Shown: positions 18,837 through 29,567, counted from the stretch's first letter. The stretch: 64,000 nt of DNA from Candidatus Altiarchaeota archaeon (GCA_043800255.1 JAZDNF010000010.1:32001-96000), one strand, 5' to 3'. The notes: generated by a model not told the origin, from the sequence alone. Numbers and translations: made by a program.

Positions 18837-19580
18837 ATGGCCGGCACCAAGATAATCAAGCTGAAGCTGGAGGAAGGGTTGGGGGGGAAACTCCCGGCAT
18901 TGAAACCAGGTTCCGTTGATGCAGCTATCCAATTATACGAAGAACTAACCAGAAAATTGGCTTACGATTTTTTACAGTCCAATTATGGCCATGTGCTAGA
19001 TGCTACTAAAGGGCTTAACATACGCTCTGATCAGATGCAGGATGTTGTCTCCGGTCTTGAAAAACTTCGAGAGGGTATCGGACATCCCCACCGTGTTGGC
19101 TTATTCTTGACGGCTCTGATGCAGAACTCGCCTGATGAGACGTTCTTGATTGCTCCGAAAAGGCAGATATCCCATCTTGGTTACCGGTTGGAGGGCGGGA
19201 AAGAGATTACTGTGGAAGGCAGTCTTGACGATTACACAGGTAGTGATATGAAGGATGGCAGGATATACGTTAAGGGTTATGCAGGCTCGTCGACTGGGGA
19301 GGGCATGAAAGGCGGTGAGATAATCGTCGAAAAAAGTGCGAAATTATCGACAGGACGATTAATGGCTGGCGGCAAAGTTCACATTAAAGGCGGGTCTGGA
19401 ACCGGCACAGGAGCCGTCATGAGCGGCGGCGAGATAATAGTCGACGGCACACTCTCCGGCGAGACGGGAGCGGGAATGGAAGGCGGCACTATCCGAGGGG
19501 GGCGCATTCCAATGCTGGGCATAAGCAGCCTTTACAAGTCCGGTACGATCATCAGCGGCGGAGCGCAGTTGAAACCATGA
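18837..19580 (+). CDS. Array paralog 20 (247 aa)
   Basis: MAGTKIIKLKL leader, VGLFLTALMQNS; 12 nt after the AAA+ stop. Confidence 0.9.
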   Translation: MAGTKIIKLKLEEGLGGKLPALKPGSVDAAIQLYEELTRKLAYDFLQSNYGHVLDATKGLNIRSDQMQDVVSGLEKLREGIGHPHRVGLFLTALMQNSPDETFLIAPKRQISHLGYRLEGGKEITVEGSLDDYTGSDMKDGRIYVKGYAGSSTGEGMKGGEIIVEKSAKLSTGRLMAGGKVHIKGGSGTGTGAVMSGGEIIVDGTLSGETGAGMEGGTIRGGRIPMLGISSLYKSGTIISGGAQLKP

Positions 19581-20548
19581 CCGGCACGAAGATTATCAAG
19601 CTGAAGCTGGATGGGATGGATGCTCTCGAAGGGCTTCCCAAGTTGAGGGATGACTCTGTTGTCGATTCAGCCTACAAGAAGTTTCTCGATATCCTGGGGA
19701 ATGAGAGGATTCCGGAATTCAGGGATGCTGCTAATGATGCTATGAGGGGGTTGAATGTCAGAGGCAGCCAGCTTCAGATGATATACGACCTGCTGGAGGG
19801 CGAATGCTCCCGCGTCAGTGATTTCAACTCGATGGCTGGCTTGTTCCTAACCAGTCTGATGCAGAATTCAACGGATAAGAAGTTCAGGTTGAAGATTAAC
19901 CGGCCGCTTAACTTTCTGGGAAACCCTTTGACTGGCGGGAAGGAGTTGACGATAGAAGGCGACGTTGGCGATGCGACCGGAGCCCACATGGAAGACTGCA
20001 AGATTAGGGTAAATGGCAGTGCGGGGGAATACACGGGCGCGAATATGAAAAGGGGTGTGATAGAGGTTACAGGATACGTTGACAGCAAGACGGGACATAG
20101 GATGGAAGACGGGACAATAAATGTGGGAGGAGATGCTGGCGACTTAACCGGACTTGACATGAAAGGCAACAGCCTGATAGCGGTGGGAGGCTGCTGTGGG
20201 AACAGCACCGGAATGCAGATGAAAGGGGGCAGGCTGACCGTCCGGAAGGGTGTGGGCAATGATACCGGGACGAGGATGTCCGGCGGAGAAATCATGGTCG
20301 GCGGCATATCAGGACAGTCCACTGGACAGTACATGGTGGACGGCAGGATAACAGTACACGGGGATACAGCAGACCAGACCGGCTGCGGAATGAAAGGCGG
20401 GACAATACACGTTATAGGCAGGGCGAGAGGCGAGACCGCGAAAGAAATGGAAGGCGGAAAAATCGAGGTGATGGGCGGAATAGACGAAATCAGCAAAGAA
20501 TACCTCTCAGGGGAGATCTGGGAAAACGGCAATAAGGTGAGAGGATGA
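19577..20548 (+). CDS. Array paralog 21 (323 aa)
   Basis: Leader, AGLFLTSLMQNS, long coil run; ATGA overlap. Confidence 0.9.
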   Translation: MTGTKIIKLKLDGMDALEGLPKLRDDSVVDSAYKKFLDILGNERIPEFRDAANDAMRGLNVRGSQLQMIYDLLEGECSRVSDFNSMAGLFLTSLMQNSTDKKFRLKINRPLNFLGNPLTGGKELTIEGDVGDATGAHMEDCKIRVNGSAGEYTGANMKRGVIEVTGYVDSKTGHRMEDGTINVGGDAGDLTGLDMKGNSLIAVGGCCGNSTGMQMKGGRLTVRKGVGNDTGTRMSGGEIMVGGISGQSTGQYMVDGRITVHGDTADQTGCGMKGGTIHVIGRARGETAKEMEGGKIEVMGGIDEISKEYLSGEIWENGNKVRG

Positions 20549-21888
20549 CCGGCACCAAAGTAATCAAGTTGAAGCTGGAGGAAGGCGGCAGAGACAGCCT
20601 CCCGGAGCTGAAAGACAGTGTTCTCAGAAGGGCTTTGAAAGTCTATGAGGCTGCTCCAAGTTCCGGTTTCGGGTTGGATTCTGACGACGTCCAAGGCGTC
20701 TACGATATGATGGTCCAGGGTACTAGAGGCTTCAACGCCAGCCCCGCACAGGTCGAGCAGGTTCTCACGGAACTTGAGATGGCATATTCCCAGGACGATG
20801 CTTATCCTGAAAAGGTTGGATTGCTCCTCACTGCGCTGGTACATGATTCGTTTCACCGTGAATTTAAAATATCTCTGCAGAAGGACCGACCACTCAATTT
20901 CATCGGGTACAAACTGGGTAAGGGTAAGAAGATAATTATCAATGGTGAGGTGGACGACCTTGCGCCCCACCTGGATGGCGGAGAGGTAGAAGTGTTTGGA
21001 AACGGCGGAAACCACGCAGGCTACGGCATGACTGACGGTAAGGTTCACATCCACAGGGGCGTTGGAGTATGCGCCGGAGAATGCATGCGTGGCGGAACCC
21101 TGATAGTTGACAAAAATGCTGGGGACTGGACTGGAGCCAGGATGGTCGGAGGCGACTTAATAATCAAGGGAAACGCCGGCGAATACACGTGCAACGGCAT
21201 GGAAGGCGGGAGGGTGGATATCGGAGGTAGGATAAAAAACCTGTCAGATGAGATAAAAGGCGGCGAAGTCTACCATAAGGGGGAGAAGATATGGCTGAAG
21301 GAGGGCGAAGCTGGAGCGGTCTCAGTATTCGAGTGGACGAGGATGCCCATGGAAACGACGGGAGGGTTCTCGCCGATGGAATGCGACAGTCCGTGGGATT
21401 ACTACAAGCTGGTATCGGAGAAGACCAAGAGATTCGATTTAAACTCCAATCAAGTGAATTCCGTCATGGGAACGCTGGAGAAGAGGTTTTCAAAACAGAA
21501 GGGCTTCGCTGAGCGGCTGGGTTTGTTCCTGACGGCGTTGATAGAGAATTCATCCTCCAAGGAGTTCACGCTCAAGCCGAAGACACTGTTGACTGACCTA
21601 GGAGACAATCTAAAATCGGATAAGACGATAACCGTGAAAGGCAGCGTTGGAGGGGATATAGGTTTTCTAATGGAGAAGGGCAGAATTCACATCAAAGGGG
21701 ATGCTGGTGACGAGGTTGGCGTGGCCTTGAATGGAGGTCATATCATAATCGACGGAAACTGTGGGGAAGGCTGCGGCCGCAGGATGAAGAATGGCAGAAT
21801 CGAGGTCGGCGGCAAGATAGCTAACAAATACCACGGTTCACGCGGTGGTGGAGAGGTCTGGGAAAAAGGCGAGAGAGTCTATCCCTAG
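20545..21888 (+). CDS. Array paralog 22, two-module fusion (447 aa)
   Basis: Two helical+beta-helix modules (VGLLLTALV, LGLFLTALIENS) but a single leader. Confidence 0.88.
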   Translation: MTGTKVIKLKLEEGGRDSLPELKDSVLRRALKVYEAAPSSGFGLDSDDVQGVYDMMVQGTRGFNASPAQVEQVLTELEMAYSQDDAYPEKVGLLLTALVHDSFHREFKISLQKDRPLNFIGYKLGKGKKIIINGEVDDLAPHLDGGEVEVFGNGGNHAGYGMTDGKVHIHRGVGVCAGECMRGGTLIVDKNAGDWTGARMVGGDLIIKGNAGEYTCNGMEGGRVDIGGRIKNLSDEIKGGEVYHKGEKIWLKEGEAGAVSVFEWTRMPMETTGGFSPMECDSPWDYYKLVSEKTKRFDLNSNQVNSVMGTLEKRFSKQKGFAERLGLFLTALIENSSSKEFTLKPKTLLTDLGDNLKSDKTITVKGSVGGDIGFLMEKGRIHIKGDAGDEVGVALNGGHIIIDGNCGEGCGRRMKNGRIEVGGKIANKYHGSRGGGEVWEKGERVYP

Positions 21889-21920
21889 CGGCGGAATCAC
21901 TGATTAGGCTCCTATTTCAG

Positions 21921-21959
21921 CGTTTTTTTGTCTGTACTGCTCCTTATATTATCAGGAAC
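21921..21959 (+). promoter_or_regulatory. Repeated intergenic promoter-like element, copy B
   Basis: CGTTTTTTTGTCTGTACTGCTCCTTATATTATCAGGAAC-ATG; gapless match to copy A. Confidence 0.6.
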
Positions 21960-22730
21960 ATGGCAGGCACGAAAATCGTTAAACTGAGGCTCCAGGGCGG
22001 ATCAGACGATAGGCTGCCCAGTCTGAAGGATTCTATAGTGCCTGAGAACGTGATTGAGGCAGCCTCTACCGCTTTTGAAAAGTCAGTCTGGAGCCCTCTT
22101 ATGGTTGGAATGTACGACGAGGCCGGGCGGCGCATAAAAGAAGCCGATCCTGAGAACGTGCTGTTTGGAAGCCTGAATTCAGGCCAGATTCAAACATTGT
22201 ACCAAAAGCTTGAGGAAAGCTTCAAGGGGGATAAAGAATACGATTACAAGATGGGGACATTCATAACCCAGCTGATGCAGAGGTCAACCAAGAGCGAATT
22301 CAAGCTCAAGGTCAGCTCGCTCCTCCAGTGTTTCGGCATGAACCTGTCAGGCGGCAAGAAGATAACCGTTGAAGGCGACCTCGGGAACTACGCCGGACTG
22401 GAAATGTCAGACGGGCAGTTAATAGTGGATGGCAGCGTTGGGGCGTGGGCCGGGCAGGGCATGACTGGCGGATACCTTGAAATCGGGAATAACGCATCCT
22501 CCTGGCTTGGATTCAAGATGAACGGCGGGAAGATAGTCGTGAAAGGTAATGTGGGAGATTTTGCCGGCGAAAGGATGGACGGCGGAAAAATATTCGTCCA
22601 CGGGAACGCAGGCAAATACGCCGCAAATTTTATGAAAGACGGCCTGATGGACATCAGAGGCGACGTCGAAGAGTTCGGAAAGATCGCCGGAGGCACAGTC
22701 CACCACAGGGGACGGAAGGTGAAAACATGA
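21960..22730 (+). CDS. Array paralog 23 (256 aa)
   Basis: MAGTKIVKLRL leader, MGTFITQLMQRS, Gly coils; follows element B. Confidence 0.9.
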   Translation: MAGTKIVKLRLQGGSDDRLPSLKDSIVPENVIEAASTAFEKSVWSPLMVGMYDEAGRRIKEADPENVLFGSLNSGQIQTLYQKLEESFKGDKEYDYKMGTFITQLMQRSTKSEFKLKVSSLLQCFGMNLSGGKKITVEGDLGNYAGLEMSDGQLIVDGSVGAWAGQGMTGGYLEIGNNASSWLGFKMNGGKIVVKGNVGDFAGERMDGGKIFVHGNAGKYAANFMKDGLMDIRGDVEEFGKIAGGTVHHRGRKVKT

Positions 22731-23464
22731 CCGGGACTAAGGTTGTCAAACTGAAATTAGACGACGGTAGTCTCGGCGAGAGGCTGCCCCAAATCAGGGA
22801 AAATACCGCTGAGAAGGCTGTGGAATTGTACCTCACGTTGGGCGAACGCGATCCCATCATCAGCTGCCACAACAGGGCTGTGAGCGCTTTCCAAGAGTAT
22901 GATGCCAGCTCAACACAGCTGCAGAATGTTATCAACACGCTGGAGGAAAACTTCGGCTCCGATGAGGAGTACAGCTGGAGGGCCGGGTTCATAGTCAACG
23001 CCCTGGTCCTGAACTCAAAACACGCGAGGCTGAAAATAAAACCGAAACTGCCTTTGGATTATATAGGCTTCAAAATGGACGCCAAAAAGCACATCACCGT
23101 CGAGGGCGACCTTGGTGATGAAACCGGAGCAGACATGCAAGATGGTAGAATACATGTCGGAGGATCTGCAAAGAATCAGACCGGCAGCGGAATGAAAGGC
23201 GGCAGCATACAAGTTGACGGTAACGTTAACTGGCTTACGGCAGCAAACATGCAAGGAGGCACATTACACATCCGAGGGGATGCTGGAAACGCTCTTGGAT
23301 TTGGCTTGTGCGGTGGCACTATAATCGTGGAAGGCAACATAGGGAATCGTACAGCAGACATGATGCATGGCGGAGTCATCAAAGCCGGGGGGAAGATTGA
23401 GAGCATAGACGAAAATTATCAATCCGGAGAAATCTGGGAATCCGAGATTAAGGTGCGGGGATGA
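22727..23464 (+). CDS. Array paralog 24 (245 aa)
   Basis: Leader, AGFIVNALVLNS, Gly coils. Confidence 0.9.
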   Translation: MTGTKVVKLKLDDGSLGERLPQIRENTAEKAVELYLTLGERDPIISCHNRAVSAFQEYDASSTQLQNVINTLEENFGSDEEYSWRAGFIVNALVLNSKHARLKIKPKLPLDYIGFKMDAKKHITVEGDLGDETGADMQDGRIHVGGSAKNQTGSGMKGGSIQVDGNVNWLTAANMQGGTLHIRGDAGNALGFGLCGGTIIVEGNIGNRTADMMHGGVIKAGGKIESIDENYQSGEIWESEIKVRG

Positions 23465-24141
23465 ACAGGCAGAAGATCATAAAACTGAAACTGGAGGGAG
23501 GGGCTCCTGACAAGTTGCCGCAGCTGAAGGAGAGTGCGGTGGATACGGCTGTGGCAGCCTATCGGAGTGTGCCGTGGGAGGCGTTGGAGGGCTCCTACTA
23601 CAACAATGTGGTGAGGGCGTTGGATGGTGTCGACGTCCGCCCGGAGAAGCTGCAGGAGGTAATGGACGCGGTCGAGAAGCCTGGAGTCAGAGACAGCGCA
23701 CATAATCTGTTCGCTGGGATTTTCCTATCCGCACTAGTCAACACATCCTCCCGCAAGAAATTCAAGTTCAGGCCGAAGTCGCAGATGGATTGGGTCGGTT
23801 ACAGTTTGGAGGAAGGTAAAGAGCTCACAGTGGACGGGAACGTTGGCATTATGGCTGGGAGAGAAATGACGGGAGGTAGATTACATATCAGAGGCGACGC
23901 GAGAACATACGCGGGATGCGATATTAAAGACGGGGAGATGCTCGTCGATGGGAGCGTTGGAGACTCTGGTGGTCAGGGCATGATAGGGGGTACCCTGACT
24001 GTGAAAGGGGATGCGGGGTCGAATCTTGGGAACTTCCAGTCCGGGGGGAGGATAAACGTTGAAGGGGAGGTCAAGAGTTTCGGCCCGCACATGATGGGCG
24101 GCGAAATCTACAACAAAGGCGAGAGAGTGTGGCCGAAATGA
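23461..24141 (+). CDS. Array paralog 25 (226 aa)
   Basis: MNRQKIIKLKL variant leader, AGIFLSALVNTS, Gly coils. Confidence 0.9.
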   Translation: MNRQKIIKLKLEGGAPDKLPQLKESAVDTAVAAYRSVPWEALEGSYYNNVVRALDGVDVRPEKLQEVMDAVEKPGVRDSAHNLFAGIFLSALVNTSSRKKFKFRPKSQMDWVGYSLEEGKELTVDGNVGIMAGREMTGGRLHIRGDARTYAGCDIKDGEMLVDGSVGDSGGQGMIGGTLTVKGDAGSNLGNFQSGGRINVEGEVKSFGPHMMGGEIYNKGERVWPK

Positions 24142-24914
24142 CTAGGACGAAGATCGTGAAGCTGAAATTGGAACGTGGAACTTATGACAAGCTGCCGGAT
24201 TTAAGGGATGGTTATCCAACATTTTTTCTAAATGTTCTCAGGGAGTTGCAAGGTCTTAACATGCCGATGCGGACTAATTCTGAGGCTGATATTGGCGCAT
24301 GCTTCGAGAAGGCGTTTGAAAAGTCGAAGGGGTTGGATCTGAATTCCGAAAGGCTCCAGAGGGTATATGATTCTCTGAAAAATCACATCTCTGATCGCCC
24401 CCATAGTAACCATACATCAAACATTTGGGCAGGGTTATTATTGACGGCGTTGATGCAAGACTCGAGTCATACTGATTTCACGCTTAGTGTGAACAAGCGG
24501 CTGGATTTTATGGGGTTCGGGCTTAATGGAAAGAGGATAACTATGGTGGGGGATGTGGGGGACTATCCCGGCAGTCAAATGAACGGAGGGAGCATAACAG
24601 TGAAAGGAAACGCTGGCGACTATGTTGGCTTCAACATGGGCAGAGGAGAAATCCAAATAGAAGGAAATGCGTCAGATTATGCGGGATCGTGCATGAGAGG
24701 CGGCTACATCCACGTCAAACATGTCGGAGATTATGCAGGTCACGAGATGATCGATGGTGTTATCACAGTATCGGGGGACGCAGGAGAGCACACAGGAAAG
24801 CGGAGCAAGGGGGGAGCAATCCGAGTCGGCGGCATAATCGAAAGCGCATCAAGAGACGGTATGTGCAAGATAGAACCTCTGGAAGACCCAGATGACATAG
24901 GTTTTGACATATGA
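24138..24914 (+). CDS. Array paralog 26 (258 aa)
   Basis: MTRTKIVKLKL at 24138; AGLLLTALMQDS; acidic variant tail. Confidence 0.9.
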   Translation: MTRTKIVKLKLERGTYDKLPDLRDGYPTFFLNVLRELQGLNMPMRTNSEADIGACFEKAFEKSKGLDLNSERLQRVYDSLKNHISDRPHSNHTSNIWAGLLLTALMQDSSHTDFTLSVNKRLDFMGFGLNGKRITMVGDVGDYPGSQMNGGSITVKGNAGDYVGFNMGRGEIQIEGNASDYAGSCMRGGYIHVKHVGDYAGHEMIDGVITVSGDAGEHTGKRSKGGAIRVGGIIESASRDGMCKIEPLEDPDDIGFDI

Positions 24915-25759
24915 CGGGCACAAAGATTGTTAAACTGAATCTGGAAGGTGGAGCTAATGTCAAGCTGCCTAGCCTTCGGGAGACTGCCGTTGACCACAAA
25001 GCGGTTGAGAAGGCCATCAGGATATACGAGGAGACTAAGAGCCCGATGATAGACGGTTTCATACCGACTGAGGGGCAAAAACTTCAAGAGCTTGAGGAGG
25101 AATACTACCAGAAGATTATGAAGGCCACTAAGGGATTGAACGTGAACTCCGACCAGCTGCAGGAGGTAGTCGACTATCTGCAGGCTGATTTTGGGAGGGA
25201 GATGCGTTACACCCAGAACGGGTACTTTCTCACGGCGCTGATACGGCATTCGAAGTTCAGCGAGTTCACGATCCGGCCCAAGGAGCATTTGCATGATGTC
25301 GGTTTCAGACTGAACGCGGACAAGACGATCATAATCGAGGGGAACGTTGGCGGAGGCGTTGGAACCGAGATGGAGGCAGGCACGATAATCATCAAAGGTG
25401 ACGCTGGAAGCTATACTGGCTACGGGATGAAAGGAGGGAGAATACATATTCTGGGGAACGCTGAGGATGGAACAGCTGCCAGGATGGAAGCCGGGGATAT
25501 AATAGTGGAGGGTAACAGCGGAAAAAACACGGGCGAGCACATGCATGGCGGAAGCCTCGAAGTTGGAGGCAGTGCCGGAGACTACACTGCTCTAGGAATG
25601 GAGGCCGGGAAAATCTACATAAAGAGGAATTCGGGCGTCGAAACAGCCTATAGCATGGCCGGCGGCACACTCAAGGTTGACGGCAGAATAAAGGACATAA
25701 GCGTCATGTACGAGGCTGGCACCATCATAGAAGCTGGGACGCAGGTGAGACCATTATGA
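24911..25759 (+). CDS. Array paralog 27 (282 aa)
   Basis: Leader, NGYFLTALIRHS, Gly coils. Confidence 0.9.
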   Translation: MTGTKIVKLNLEGGANVKLPSLRETAVDHKAVEKAIRIYEETKSPMIDGFIPTEGQKLQELEEEYYQKIMKATKGLNVNSDQLQEVVDYLQADFGREMRYTQNGYFLTALIRHSKFSEFTIRPKEHLHDVGFRLNADKTIIIEGNVGGGVGTEMEAGTIIIKGDAGSYTGYGMKGGRIHILGNAEDGTAARMEAGDIIVEGNSGKNTGEHMHGGSLEVGGSAGDYTALGMEAGKIYIKRNSGVETAYSMAGGTLKVDGRIKDISVMYEAGTIIEAGTQVRPL

Positions 25760-26568
25760 CGGGGACGAAAATCGTCAAAGTAAGGCTGGACGGCAACGGA
25801 GCCGGTGACGGACTTCCGAGGCTTAGGGAGGACCCTACCGTCAAGAAGGCGGTCGACCTGTTCGAGTCGTTGCCGTATAATATCTCAGCTTCGGATGACT
25901 CGAAATACTTTGATGGTGTCATTGACGGTTGCGAAGGGTGGAATCTACAGTCCCCGGAAATTCAGAAGACACTGGACACGCTGATAGAAAAACATTCCAT
26001 GAGCGCTGGCTTCATCAAGAGGGCCGGACTCTTCATATCCGCTTTGATAGAGGGTTCAACGCACAGGAAATTCGACTTAGAAGTTCATCAACCCCTGGAT
26101 TATATCGGGTACCATCTGCGAGGCGGGAAGGAGATAACATTGAAGGGAGACGTTGGCAAGGGCTTGGGATTCGGGATGGGCGGCATCGAAGCCAGCAGCA
26201 TAACCTTGGACGGCAACGCAGGATTCGGAGTTGGAGGCTGGATGTGCTCTGGCAAAATCCACGTCAAGGGAGACGCCGGGAACTCGGTCGGCTTCTGCTT
26301 GGGGAAGTTCTTTTTCCCGGACATGGGAGAGCGTGGCATACCCCTGCCGCATACACCGCCCCTGATAATAATAGACGGCAACGCGGGAACCGAGACTGGA
26401 AACGGGATGCGCGAGGGTAAAATCCAGGTGAATGGGGAGATGGGAGAGAATGCAGGTCCTAGTATGGACGGCGGCATCATAGAAGCAGGTAAGGTTAAAG
26501 GGGTGAGCGCACATTTCAAATGGGGGAGAATCTACGAAAATGGAGTGCTTATAGCAGGACGAGAATGA
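25756..26568 (+). CDS. Array paralog 28 (270 aa), loop insertion in the beta-helix
   Basis: Leader, AGLFISALIEGS; insertion KFFFPDMGERGIPLPHTPP. Confidence 0.9.
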   Translation: MTGTKIVKVRLDGNGAGDGLPRLREDPTVKKAVDLFESLPYNISASDDSKYFDGVIDGCEGWNLQSPEIQKTLDTLIEKHSMSAGFIKRAGLFISALIEGSTHRKFDLEVHQPLDYIGYHLRGGKEITLKGDVGKGLGFGMGGIEASSITLDGNAGFGVGGWMCSGKIHVKGDAGNSVGFCLGKFFFPDMGERGIPLPHTPPLIIIDGNAGTETGNGMREGKIQVNGEMGENAGPSMDGGIIEAGKVKGVSAHFKWGRIYENGVLIAGRE

Positions 26569-27374
26569 CCGGGACGAAAGTAGTCAAGCTGAGGTTGGAC
26601 GAGGAAGGGTCGGTTGGCAGGCTGCCGAACCTGATGGATGCGGTGGTTGAGAAGGCTGTTAGCGTGTTCGCTCGCAGGAACTATTTCACGTTGGCGAAGG
26701 ATGGGGGTGAGGCGTATGATCATATGCTAAAGGATGTGCAGGGCTTTGACGTCAGTAGGAGTCAGCTGCAGGGCATCCTCGGAATGCTGGAGGAGAAGTA
26801 CAAGCACAGTCCCTGGCGGTTCACGATGATCGGGCCGTTCCTGTCCGCCCTGGTTGAGAAATCGCATGAGAACGAGTTCGAGCTGGTGTTGACCGATAAG
26901 GTGCAGTCCATCGGCTACAGGCTGAGAGACGGCAAGAGGATAACATGCATCGGAGACGTCGGCAGCGCAGGCGACAAAATGTCAGGCGGCCTGATAATGG
27001 TGAAAGGCGACATCGGCGACCTGATGGGGCGGGACATGACCGGGGGAAAAATCATCGTAGCGGGCGGCGCCGGGAACCAGACAGGATATCATATGAGCGG
27101 CGGCGAAATCGAGATCAAAAAATCAGCAAGAGACTATCCAGGATGCAACATGAGCGGGGGAAAAATCAAGATCGGAGAAAATGCCGGCAACTACGCTGGA
27201 TTCAACATGAGCAAAGGCGAAATCCACATCCTGGGAAACGCTAACATCGGCGCAGGCTCAGGCATGAGCGGAGGCAAAATAACCGTGGACGGCAGGATAT
27301 TCGGGCTCATAAGAGACGTCAAAGGCGGCGAGATTTGGGAAGGCGGCACGCAAATCTGGCCGAAACAAAAATGA
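26565..27374 (+). CDS. Array paralog 29 (269 aa)
   Basis: Start moved to MTGTK at 26565; IGPFLSALVEKS. Confidence 0.9.
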   Translation: MTGTKVVKLRLDEEGSVGRLPNLMDAVVEKAVSVFARRNYFTLAKDGGEAYDHMLKDVQGFDVSRSQLQGILGMLEEKYKHSPWRFTMIGPFLSALVEKSHENEFELVLTDKVQSIGYRLRDGKRITCIGDVGSAGDKMSGGLIMVKGDIGDLMGRDMTGGKIIVAGGAGNQTGYHMSGGEIEIKKSARDYPGCNMSGGKIKIGENAGNYAGFNMSKGEIHILGNANIGAGSGMSGGKITVDGRIFGLIRDVKGGEIWEGGTQIWPKQK

Positions 27375-28135
27375 CCGGCACGAAGGTTATCAAACTCAGG
27401 CTTGAGGGAGGCGCTGATAGTAATCTGCCAAAGCTCAGGGAAGGCATTGCAACTGAGTTGTGTGTTCTCTATGAACAGCTTCCCTATACTCTAAGTTTTG
27501 ATGTTACTAACTCTAATATAAGCAAACTGACGGAAACGTTAGGTTTTGATAGGGGGCAGCTTGAGAGCATCGATTCCAGCCAACTTCAGTGCGTGTACGA
27601 TGCACTTGAGGACAGATTCAAGGGAGATGGGAATTTCGGCCACAAGTGCGGCATCCTACTGACGTATCTTATGAGTCATTCAAGGCATAATGAGTTCAAG
27701 CTGAAGGTGAACAAGCCATTAAGCCGTCTCGGGGCATACTTCACGGAGGGTAAGAAGCTGACAGTCGTTGGGGACGTTAAAGATTATGTAGGATATAAGA
27801 TGCGTGGGGGAGAGATAACAGTAAAAGGCTCGGCAGGAGCGTGGTTGGGATATGAGATGGAACAAGGGAGCATACTCCTGGAGAAGAACGCTGATACATG
27901 GGCTGGAAACCAAATGAAAGGGGGAAGACTTCACGTGAAGGGGAATTCAGGAGAATGGACTGGCGAGCGCATGGAAGGCGGCATATTGCAGGTGGACGGT
28001 GACAGCGGCGAGGAAACCGGAAATAATATGGATGGTGGCGTAATAAACGTGAACGGCAAGATTGCGGGTGTTGGGCGCATCTTTGAAGATTCAACGGGTG
28101 AATTACGGCACAGGGGGGTGAAAATAGCACCATGA
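27371..28135 (+). CDS. Array paralog 30 (254 aa)
   Basis: Start moved to MTGTK at 27371; CGILLTYLMSHS. Confidence 0.9.
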   Translation: MTGTKVIKLRLEGGADSNLPKLREGIATELCVLYEQLPYTLSFDVTNSNISKLTETLGFDRGQLESIDSSQLQCVYDALEDRFKGDGNFGHKCGILLTYLMSHSRHNEFKLKVNKPLSRLGAYFTEGKKLTVVGDVKDYVGYKMRGGEITVKGSAGAWLGYEMEQGSILLEKNADTWAGNQMKGGRLHVKGNSGEWTGERMEGGILQVDGDSGEETGNNMDGGVINVNGKIAGVGRIFEDSTGELRHRGVKIAP

Positions 28136-28821
28136 CCGGCACGAAGGTCGTCAAGTTGAGGTTGGAGGATGATGGTAAGGATTTGCCGAAGCTGAAGGGC
28201 AGCGTCATTGATGAGGCTGTCGAGCTGTTCGAGAAAATCGACTGGGAGAATAATCTGGTGGGATACCATGAAAAAGTTCTGAAGAAAACCAGAAGATTGG
28301 ACGCTAACTCGGCTGCGGTGCAGGGTATAGTCTACCAGTTGGAAGACAACTTTGCTAAAGGCGACATGCAGGACAAGTTCTACTTCAAGCGGATGGGAGC
28401 CTTCCTCACAGGGTTGATAGAGAATTCAACCTCAGAGGAACTAGAATTCGAAACCAGGACTCCACTGGACTACATAGGCTACCTGATGAACGCGGAGAAG
28501 ACCATCACAGTAAACGGTGCGGCAGGCGATATGACCGGGTACATGATGAGAAGAGGCCTCATAAGGGTTAAAGGCGACTCAGGGTTCTGGACCGGCTGCC
28601 AGCTTGCAGGCGGAAAAGTCGAAGTCGAAGGCAGCACAGGCGAGTACACCGGCCAGCAGATGGAGACTGGAGAGATAACCGTGAAAAAGGATGCTGGAAG
28701 GAAAACAGGGCTGCGCATGAAAGGCGGCAGAATCGAAGTCGGCGGCAGCATCGGAGACATCGGACCTGTCATCAAAGGCGGCGAAATCTACAACAAAGGG
28801 GAGCGGGTGTGGCCGAAATGA
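28132..28821 (+). CDS. Array paralog 31 (229 aa)
   Basis: Leader, MGAFLTGLIENS, Gly coils. Confidence 0.9.
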   Translation: MTGTKVVKLRLEDDGKDLPKLKGSVIDEAVELFEKIDWENNLVGYHEKVLKKTRRLDANSAAVQGIVYQLEDNFAKGDMQDKFYFKRMGAFLTGLIENSTSEELEFETRTPLDYIGYLMNAEKTITVNGAAGDMTGYMMRRGLIRVKGDSGFWTGCQLAGGKVEVEGSTGEYTGQQMETGEITVKKDAGRKTGLRMKGGRIEVGGSIGDIGPVIKGGEIYNKGERVWPK

Positions 28822-29567
28822 CGGGAACCAAGGTAATCAAGTTGAGGCTGGAGCAGGGCGGTGCAGCCGAGAGGCTTCCGGACCTTAAGGGCGATGTCAA
28901 AGGCAAGCTTGTCAGAATATTCAACGAGACAGATTATTTCGAGTCAGATGAGGGAGTATCCTGCTATGACCGGTTCGTCCAGCAGACGGAAGGGTTAGGC
29001 GCCGGTCAGGAGCGGATACAGGATGTGTTAGACTTCCTATTGGATGATGAGAATGCAATAGACCAGGTCTACCGTCAAAAAGTCGGATACCTTGTGAGCG
29101 CGCTAATCCATAACTCACGCCAGAGGGAATTCAGGATACGCCTGAAACATCCCGTAGACTGGGTCGGCTACAGGCTTGAAGGCGGGAAAAAGATAACCGT
29201 AGACGGTGATGTGGCATACGGTGTCGGCTCGGAGATGCGCTCTGGGACGATAATCGTCAATGGAAATTCATGGTTGGGAGCCGGCTTTAAAATGGCAGGA
29301 GGAAACGTCATAATACGAGGGAACTCAGGCAGGCTCACCGGGTTGGAAATGACCGGAGGTCGGCTTCTGATTAAAGGGGGCGCGGGAGACGAGACAGGCG
29401 CTAGTATGACTGGAGGAGTACTACACGTAAAAAAGGATGTCGGAGCAGAGACTGGGATAGGCATGGCAGATGGCATAATCAACGTAGGCGGGGACATCAA
29501 GAGCATATCCGACGACACTGGATATGGGAAAATCTACCACAAAGGAGAGAAGGTGCGCCCAAGATGA
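28818..29567 (+). CDS. Array paralog 32 (249 aa)
   Basis: MTGTK at 28818; VGYLVSALIHNS. Confidence 0.9.
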   Translation: MTGTKVIKLRLEQGGAAERLPDLKGDVKGKLVRIFNETDYFESDEGVSCYDRFVQQTEGLGAGQERIQDVLDFLLDDENAIDQVYRQKVGYLVSALIHNSRQREFRIRLKHPVDWVGYRLEGGKKITVDGDVAYGVGSEMRSGTIIVNGNSWLGAGFKMAGGNVIIRGNSGRLTGLEMTGGRLLIKGGAGDETGASMTGGVLHVKKDVGAETGIGMADGIINVGGDIKSISDDTGYGKIYHKGEKVRPR

